From Trypanosoma brucei (lineage: Eukaryota): a DNA stretch of 64,000 bases. The notes beneath the pieces were generated by a model. That model was not told the origin of the DNA. It saw only the letters and a list, made by a program, of their open reading frames with translations, and did not search any database. Location: positions 1,216,001 through 1,280,000 of the forward strand of contig CP000070.1 of assembly GCA_000002445.1 (NCBI GenBank). The letters run 5' to 3'. Of this stretch, positions 56,750 through 64,000 are shown piece after piece (within the stretch, counting starts at the first letter, position 1; each line of letters opens with the position of its first letter). The translations under genes and the position numbers were made by a program.

Positions 56750-58019
56750 TCCTTAGTTTATTGTGTGTTTGGAACGACGCTAATATCCAAACAAAACAGC
56801 CGAAGAGCCATCCAAACCAACGACAACCCCGCGCACGTTGTGAGGAAGCTTCCCTGACTTTCAATCAAGATTGTAACCGTGAAGTGCGTATATGTGTTTC
56901 ACGTGTGCGTGAGCGCATATTAAGAAAGATTTTAGGGAAGAGCCATAGTGCATCGCCTGTGAAAATTGAGAACAGTATAATTGACAATCAAAATTGACAT
57001 GATAATAAAGGCAGTTGCCGCTGGATACCATTAAAAGGGTTAATTTTCATCTGCCTTCTCCGCACACACACACACAAAAAAAACACGCTCACGCAAGTAT
57101 CGGTTGTTCCTCATACGCTGCAAGAAAGAAACAACACGAGGTGCGTCGATCAATAAAACACAGCGATTACCCGCACCCTTTTTTTACTTCTGATGCCTGA
57201 TAAACAAAACGGACGTATTACACCTTGACGATCCGTTAGTACAGACAATATTGTATTCACAAAATAATTAATAGCAACCCAAGTTGTACCTGCAATAGCA
57301 GAGAGACATAATATACAGCAACTACCGCACACAAGGCATTCATGGCAATCCTTATTACAAGGTAGAAGGAAAAAGTGCAGAGACTAACTGTTTTCTGTTA
57401 TTTTGCATGTAACACTATAGGTGAAGCCTCTACTGCCATCAGCCCATTTTCCATGATGAAAAGTACCTACAGAGCAGAATCTGAGCATGAATAACTCGTG
57501 ATTTGGCAACGACGCATACCCCCAACCCACTTGCAGAGCACATACGCTCCTTTTCCAGCGGGAATGCAAGGCCGCGGCATGTCTCCAATTCAACCTTAAA
57601 TTTACGGAAGGAGGAGAAAAAGAGGCAGTGAAAACAAGGGAAAACGTCGGTAAATTCAAAAAGGTTGGTGACATAAGGCACACTGTCAGCAGTAACACAC
57701 ACGGTCCACAGGAGTACGTGGTATGAAGAGGGGGAGGGATAAGCGCGGCACAAATACATCGAGCGCGTGATCTCTTTCGGGTCAGCACTCACCAAGACGA
57801 AGAGAAATGCAACACAAAACAAAAGAGAGATGAAAGTTCACGAGAGGTTGGTACACCACACCTAGAGACACTTTCTTCCTTCACTTCCTTTGACACCAAA
57901 TATACACGGCAGTGCGGAGTGTGAGACATCCCTCCAACAGCGAACAAGTGTGCGTGCTCAATGCTAAGCTACAGCACCTCACAATCCGTTTCTATCCTTA
58001 CAAGTGATTCAGACTGCAC

Positions 58020-59024
58020 TCACTGTGGTTGCACAAACGGGAAAATACCCAAGGCTTTCTCCGCTGCAGTAATGCGCTCTAAGATTTGTCTCTGTCGCTT
58101 TGATAAGTCCACCTGAAGACTCTCATATGTATCCTCCACAGCCCTCATTGAGCCCTCGTTCTCAATGAAAACTTTCATGTCTCTTTCGTTCTGAATAGTC
58201 TGTAATCGCAACTGCTCTAAAGCCATCGCCTCCTCATACTCCTTCTTATACGTTTCCAACTCAGATGCCCGCTGCTCCTCCACATCCTGCTGCGCTTTGG
58301 CGAGTGGCGGTTCTTGCGGAACACTCTCAGGTGCCAAGGCATTTCGAAGGGGAGGGGCCGACACGGGGACCTCCAGAAAATAATTGAACTCCTCGGGTTC
58401 CCCAACCATTCGAGCATGAGTGGCGACGTAGTGGTACAGCGAGGCGTGCTGAACGATCCCTTGAATAAGCCACGTACTAAAAGGACCGATATCCTCCCTT
58501 TGAAGATAAATATTTTCTTTGGGAACGGTGGAAACGGCTTCTGTTTCCTCCACCACCTTCTCTGCTGCCCGATGGCCCCTTCGTGCTGATGTTTTGGAAG
58601 AAGACTGAACTTCCCATAAGGCCTCCTCAGCCTGTAAAGCCCGCTTCCACTTCCACTCTTCCTCCACTTCAGAGGTAACAAAGGCGATCACTTCTTCCTG
58701 CATTTCTTGCGTGTTACAACCATCCTCTACCCTCTCTTGAAAAGTACACAACCATTTTAACAGATGGACTACTTTTGCCGCACAATAACCCTGCTTCGCG
58801 CAGAAATTGATGAAATCCAGACGGGCGTCCACAACTATCTGCTGACCGAGGTCCACCTGGTAGCATTCGGCACCGAGTGCAACCGCAGTCATCGTTAGGA
58901 GGGATACTTCGTCATTTGCCCCAACAAAATGCAGCAGTTGCTCTATAAATTTTTCATCTTGAAAGGAAGGTGTCGTATCAACGGCGTACGACGACAAACA
59001 CTCCGACTTGCGACGCGGAGGCAT
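58020..59024 (-). CDS. Hypothetical protein
   Basis: The ORF extends to 59162 through a polypyrimidine tract. The likely start MPPRRKSE is at 59024. Acidic/coiled C-terminal half. Confidence 0.4.
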   Translation of the reverse strand: MPPRRKSECLSSYAVDTTPSFQDEKFIEQLLHFVGANDEVSLLTMTAVALGAECYQVDLGQQIVVDARLDFINFCAKQGYCAAKVVHLLKWLCTFQERVEDGCNTQEMQEEVIAFVTSEVEEEWKWKRALQAEEALWEVQSSSKTSARRGHRAAEKVVEETEAVSTVPKENIYLQREDIGPFSTWLIQGIVQHASLYHYVATHARMVGEPEEFNYFLEVPVSAPPLRNALAPESVPQEPPLAKAQQDVEEQRASELETYKKEYEEAMALEQLRLQTIQNERDMKVFIENEGSMRAVEDTYESLQVDLSKRQRQILERITAAEKALGIFPFVQPQ

Positions 59025-59439
59025 TAGGACTAACGAATGATGCTTAGAGGTATGAAAAATGCAAAAGGGATAGGGGGAGAAAAGGGGTCTTAGGGTTTTG
59101 AAAAGAAAAAAAAACGCACAAACAAACAAACCGGTAGATGAAGGCACACAAATACCTGGCACACAGGAGAGAGTTTTCTGAACAAGTAAAGTACAAGCAC
59201 TGCATTTCGCAACACACTATCCAATGCATGCAGTGCCAACTAAACTTTACAATAAAAAAAAAGGAAAAAACTATCCACCCACACACGAAAAAAAATTCTT
59301 CACAAATATGGTAAAGCCTAGATGGGGAAAGTTGGTTCATTTGTCGTGAAAAAAACAAAAACAAACAACAGCCTCATCCCCGCAGTGAATTCTAAGGTGA
59401 CAAATGGTGAAGAAGGAAGGAACTTAAATAGTACAGGTT

Positions 59440-60126
59440 CTAAGCATGGTGAGGTGGGGGGGTCAACAGAACTACCATCTTCCGCGCATCCGTGGACTTT
59501 TTGAATCCGAAGGTAATCCTCGAGGGTCTAATAGATGTGTTTATAACCACTAAATATTCACCCAGTGGCGATCCTTCGGCATTAGCCATCTGAACACTGG
59601 TGATAACTGATGTGGAAGCACACATGCGATGAAAGCCACCTTTTGGTGACTGCTGATACCATTTGACAGACCCCTCGTATGTGTCGACGCTCACCAAAGT
59701 GTGGACATCCGTTTTAAATGTACCGATTAATGACCAAGCCGGCCGAAAGCACTGCGGAGGTGGTGCAAACTCCACGCCATGGAAAAGTTCATCGGGGACA
59801 TCAATACTGGCGAGGCCCTTTAGTCTGTGTGTGGGGTTCAGCATCTCTGCCGCCTCTCTCGTTAATGACGCCATCTCCTTTCTAGTGGACGTTTTTGAAG
59901 ATACCGATTGAACTAGCGACAATGAACGGGAGGGAATCTTGTGAATTGATGGTTTGACGGATTGGGAGCGGGACGTTTTGGCTGAGAGGGATGCACTGGA
60001 GGGAAATAACGAGACGTTATTTGTTGCTACTCCGCATGCGACTCGCGAAGTAGAGCTCGCCTCCCGCACCACAGGCTGGTGTGGTATCTTATGACGCTGT
60101 TCATATTGCCTAAGTCTTGCTACCAT
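59440..60126 (-). CDS. Hypothetical protein
   Basis: 228-aa ORF. Ser-rich N-terminus. No motif recognised. Confidence 0.35.
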   Translation of the reverse strand: MVARLRQYEQRHKIPHQPVVREASSTSRVACGVATNNVSLFPSSASLSAKTSRSQSVKPSIHKIPSRSLSLVQSVSSKTSTRKEMASLTREAAEMLNPTHRLKGLASIDVPDELFHGVEFAPPPQCFRPAWSLIGTFKTDVHTLVSVDTYEGSVKWYQQSPKGGFHRMCASTSVITSVQMANAEGSPLGEYLVVINTSIRPSRITFGFKKSTDARKMVVLLTPPPHHA

Positions 60127-60838
60127 CCTGCCGATATTCTCCTTTGCTTACCTGCGTTACACTCTTACAGAGAATATAAAGTACAAAAAAAAAGGAAAAG
60201 GAATCAGGCATAGATGCGCGAGCAACGCGTGAGAAGCAACAGGTATATGTGGAGTGGGATACGAACGAAGCAAAACAGCCTTTCACACATAAACATATAT
60301 GTTATTTTCACACATACACACAACAACCATTTTTCTACAAAAAAACAGGTATCAGTCACAACTATGGTCTCATGTGCACGAATGAAACAAAAAAAAATCA
60401 ATAAAAAAATCTAATCGGGACCTGCCACTCGTTGTGTGCACCCTCAAACTTCCTCTTTCCCTCTCCATTTCCACCAGCCTTAACAACACCGTGGCACAAC
60501 GCGCAAATGTGTTGTCGTTCGGCTTTGTCTGCCTTTATGGAGACGGAAATGACAAGGCAGCGAGCGATTATGGGTGAAGTGGGAGAAAACAGCACACGGG
60601 ATAAGAATAAAAAACAAACTATAAAAGAAGTGGCTGCCGAGCTCGCTATGCAGAACCCAGTAGGCCCCAATCTATGTGATTCACACACCTGTCGTCTCTA
60701 TGATGCTTCAAAAAAGCCTGCACGGCGCATTGCAGAGGGGCTATTGAAAATCTGCTCTTAACATATATTGGGTACCCGCGGACACACACTAACGCATACG
60801 CAAACTATCATAGTCACGTATATATACATATACATACG

Positions 60839-60860
60839 TGTGTGTGTGTGTGTGTGTGTG
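60839..60860. repeat. (TG)11 microsatellite
   Basis: Direct reading. Confidence 0.95.
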
Positions 60861-61239
60861 CGAATGTGTATCTATATACAAATGTATCAAAGTGCTCGTA
60901 CATGATGACAATTATTTCTCTGTTCTATACGCTGTATGAGATATAAAAAAACCCCATTAACACGTTTTCGATATGCGCAGCGATAAAAAAAGTCAATCAC
61001 AACTACCGGCACAACTGCAATTCTTGTTTATGGGTTCAGGCACCTGCCTATCAAAAAAGAAAAACATGCTGCATGGCGTCACTAGAGAGAGCCGGAAGGG
61101 AAAGAAGGTCCCTCGCTTGTTAGCGCAAATGTTTTTTTTTGTTTTACACCCCCTCATAACCTTCCCCATTCTCACACCCACACCGTACCCCCACGTTTGA
61201 TATACGCAGACATGCTCTTTCAATCTTGCTGTTGGGTGA

Positions 61240-61251
61240 GGGGGGGGGGGG
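61240..61251. repeat. G12 homopolymer
   Basis: Direct reading. Confidence 0.95.
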
Positions 61252-61696
61252 AACATCACTTTAACATCACCAAACATTGATTATTTACTAAGTTTGGGAA
61301 CTCAGTGATATCGTCAGAAGCATTGCGGCGCCCTACTCCCCACACTACCACCACTGACGATACTCCACGAGAGGAGATTATAACATCTGCAACGCGCTGC
61401 AAAAATCCCGCCCAGTTTATCCGCTGACACCCGCCTAAGCAAACACAACGAAGCGGTGCCTTCCTCCATCTCAGTAAATCCCAATGCTTTCGGTATACTT
61501 TTTCCCACTTTTTTGCCACACGGTAAGAGCAAACCTTACCCAGCTTCTCTACAGGACATGGGTCGCCAGAAGCGATAACGATAAGAAACCTTTACGCGCG
61601 TACTCCTTGTCTTTCCTTCCACTGACGTGCTTTCTGATGCAAATGTCCTCCGCTACGCGGTTAGCTTTTACAACCTGTACGGAAAGATGAAGAACT

Positions 61697-62716
61697 CTAT
61701 TGTACGGTTTCCCTGGCTACTGCAGGTGCAACCCGCGTTTCTCTGGCATCTTCCTTAGTTGGTTCGGCAAGTGCATCGGAGTTGCAATAACCCCTACTTG
61801 CGGTGGCTTTTGAGGAGGGGCACGGCAATCCGGTCGTGGAGGCGACGTCAGAAGAGGAATTCGTCGTGACTTCCCAGGCATTGGCTTCATTAGGGTCGAG
61901 GTATGCGGCGACGGTTCCGCTTCGTCTCGCCAACTCACCGCCACTACGATCTTCTCCAGACGGGTAACTCACTTCACGAATCCGACGTTTGGGAGTTACG
62001 TCGCCGTCGTCATAAAGTTTATTGCTCCCGGTCTCCTGCTCATGTCTCATCCTCTTCAAAGGCAACTTCAATGGGGAAGTGGTGGAAACTTTTGGATCAG
62101 GGCTATCCTGAAGTGCCCCCAGTGCTCGTTGCCTTGCCTGAGAAATAACAAACTCCATACTGAGAAAAACCGGCGGGGTAGCCACGAATCCGAATCCTTC
62201 TTCACTTTTGCCCTCCATAGCGACGCGCCAAGTGACAATCTCTAAAGGGAGGTCTTCCATGGGAAGTGATTTACCCACCTCTACATCGCGCATCCCTCCC
62301 AACACGATTACATCGCCATGGTGCAGAGGTGTCGGAGCGGAAGACGCGACTCGGATGCCGTTAACAAATGTTCCGTTACTGCTTCCCACATCAACAAGCC
62401 ACAGACTGTATTGCTCCTTCACCGGGATTTCCGTTTGACCCTCGCAGTCGACGTGCCGTCCTTCGCATCGGGACGGATCGCTGGCGGCTTCCCTTTCCTC
62501 AACCCTTTCGCTTGTTTCAGGCTCACACTTTTGTGCAAACATTTGGCAGTGCCACTGCGATGAAAAAATCAAATCCATTTCTAAAACCACGTCGTTATCG
62601 ATGGCCCGGCCGATGGTGATTGGTTTGCCGCTCAGGGGTAGTCGGACGGGCAAACGACGCTGAAGCCCCTCAGGGCCCCTGGTAAGGACCAGCGAAGCAC
62701 AGATATGCTCAGTCAT
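61697..62716 (-). CDS. FHA (forkhead-associated) domain protein
   Basis: PITIGRAIDNDVVLE ... LVDVGSSNGTFVNGIRV...HGDVIVLGG is the FHA core (G-R...S..H...N-G). Confidence 0.65.
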   Translation of the reverse strand: MTEHICASLVLTRGPEGLQRRLPVRLPLSGKPITIGRAIDNDVVLEMDLIFSSQWHCQMFAQKCEPETSERVEEREAASDPSRCEGRHVDCEGQTEIPVKEQYSLWLVDVGSSNGTFVNGIRVASSAPTPLHHGDVIVLGGMRDVEVGKSLPMEDLPLEIVTWRVAMEGKSEEGFGFVATPPVFLSMEFVISQARQRALGALQDSPDPKVSTTSPLKLPLKRMRHEQETGSNKLYDDGDVTPKRRIREVSYPSGEDRSGGELARRSGTVAAYLDPNEANAWEVTTNSSSDVASTTGLPCPSSKATASRGYCNSDALAEPTKEDARETRVAPAVARETVQ

Positions 62717-63340
62717 AGTCTATATACGGAATATATATATATATATATGTGTGTGTACAGATGTATACCAAAGCATAGAAGAAGCGAAGAGTGACATAAA
62801 ATGGTGGGCGAGTGCACACACACGTGGGGAAAAAAGAAAGGATCGGCAAAACCATGTTACGTATGGATAATGGGGAAACTGGAACGGGCTGTAACAAGCC
62901 TGTGCAGTGTCGAGGAAGGAAGAAAGCGAAGTCACTAGTGGTGCGCCCAACTGCTGCACAACAAGTGTAAAAAAAGAGGAGAGGAGTGCGTGTGGGGGCC
63001 TCTGATCCCTCAGTGGAGGCTGCTTCGGGGCGGTCACAGTTAATCCCAAAAGAAAGTGAACAAATTGCTTCACCATTTCCCCTCGCACGCCTGTAGCTAA
63101 AAACGAGGGTTTGCGGAGTACTCAACGTCACCTCCCACCAAGCTTCCGGCTCGCTTCTCACACACCATATGTTCTCATTCTTTTCACATAAAATACATGC
63201 GCTCCCGTGCTGATGCCGGTAACTTTTTTTAATGCGGGTCTTCAAAAATAACATAAACCGAGTAAAGGGGAAGGAAGTTTGTTGGAAGATGAGCGAAATG
63301 GGGGCTAACGCGCGATGGAGAACCCCTAGGCACTTTCTCG

Positions 63341-63991
63341 TCACATATTCATGGTGTTGGGTCCCATTGTGCACTGGCTCTGCAAATTTTTAGTGAAAGT
63401 GTACTTGCAGGCGAACTTGCCGTCGTATTTTACAGTCTCCCATCCCTTTCCGTAGTCTGATGATGATGCCTGGTATAGGGGATGCTGCTTGGTTCCGTGT
63501 ATGCTTTTGAGTCTGATATCAGTAGAGGCAGCTGAAGCCATTCGCTCTTCCAGGCTTACCTTCGGTCGATCCAGCGAAAAGCTGCGAATGCAGTGGAGCT
63601 CAAAGTCCTCATCACGTACCGTTTTGTGAGAGATACCAACAAGATATGCCGTTAGTTCCTCCACCGTGATACCACCGTCCGAATGGGCCTCCCAAAAGTC
63701 ATTAAGAAACATTCGTTCAAGCGCTTGGGCCTCCCACCCCAAAAGAAGTTTAGGGTGCCTTGCAGTGTCGTACACCTTCATTAATTCATCAAAGGTAATG
63801 AATCCAGAGCCATCCGTGGGGACACGCTTCAACGACAGCGACACGACGTACTGCCGCCGTGGCGACAGCGAAGGGAGAAACGAGCGTTTAAAAGTTTCGA
63901 CGTCAAAAGGAGCACTCTCATCAGTCACAGTTGTGACACCCCTCAATATCCCAACCCCACCGCAACGGCGGCCAAACTGAGAAGCGAGCAT
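63341..63991 (-). CDS. EF-hand-like domain protein
   Basis: Loops TDGSGFITFDEL and SDGGITVEEL resemble paired EF-hand calcium-binding loops. The ORF start is close to the window edge. Confidence 0.35.
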   Translation of the reverse strand: MLASQFGRRCGGVGILRGVTTVTDESAPFDVETFKRSFLPSLSPRRQYVVSLSLKRVPTDGSGFITFDELMKVYDTARHPKLLLGWEAQALERMFLNDFWEAHSDGGITVEELTAYLVGISHKTVRDEDFELHCIRSFSLDRPKVSLEERMASAASTDIRLKSIHGTKQHPLYQASSSDYGKGWETVKYDGKFACKYTFTKNLQSQCTMGPNTMNM

Positions 63992-64000
63992 CGCAAAATC

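Noticed and set aside
62709-63374. Minus-strand ORF of 221 aa
   Set aside because: Hydrophobic, Cys-rich and low-complexity. It runs through (AT)n(TG)n at 62735-62758 and overlaps the end of the EF-hand-like protein gene. Typical of an intergenic polypyrimidine region.
1-64000. CRISPR arrays, mobile elements, rRNA
   Set aside because: This is a eukaryotic kinetoplastid genome. No repeat-spacer architecture, no transposase or reverse-transcriptase ORF, and no rRNA-like sequence was seen.

Overview
This window looks like a core chromosome segment from a kinetoplastid, most likely an African trypanosome of the Trypanosoma brucei group. Three things point that way. All ~29 convincing protein-coding ORFs lie on the minus strand. 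They are separated by intergenic regions rich in polypyrimidine tracts, (TA)n and (CA)n, with no sign of introns. One ORF encodes J-binding protein 2 (JBP2), the thymidine hydroxylase plus SWI2/SNF2 ATPase of base J synthesis. Its refined length is 1077 aa, which matches my recollection of the T. brucei JBP2 length and fits a T. brucei-group assignment.

Recognisable products include JBP2, exosome RRP4, proteasome beta-6 (PSMB1-like), a secretory cyclophilin, Trm112, a kinesin motor, an HD-domain dNTP triphosphohydrolase-like protein, a NADAR domain protein, a PUF protein, an FHA protein, a WD40 protein, two J-domain proteins, a DUF218 protein, an Arf-like GTPase, a cNMP-binding-domain protein, a CH-domain coiled-coil protein, and a highly repetitive (PQPPMAAV)n protein encoded by a ~37-copy 24-bp tandem array.

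The most unusual structure is an ~8.8 kb stretch (22.45-31.23 kb) with no long ORF, lying between two same-strand gene arrays. It has GC-rich structured islands, GT-rich plus-strand tracts, and two short candidate CDSs, one on each strand and convergent. I read it as a polycistronic-unit boundary or strand-switch region, possibly with an embedded single-gene plus-strand unit. I could not support any tRNA, rRNA, snRNA or CRISPR feature from the sequence. A 2.5 kb AT-rich microsatellite block lies at 38.7-41.2 kb.

Many six-frame ORFs run 5' of the likely start through low-complexity splice-acceptor sequence. Where the evidence was clear I give refined starts.
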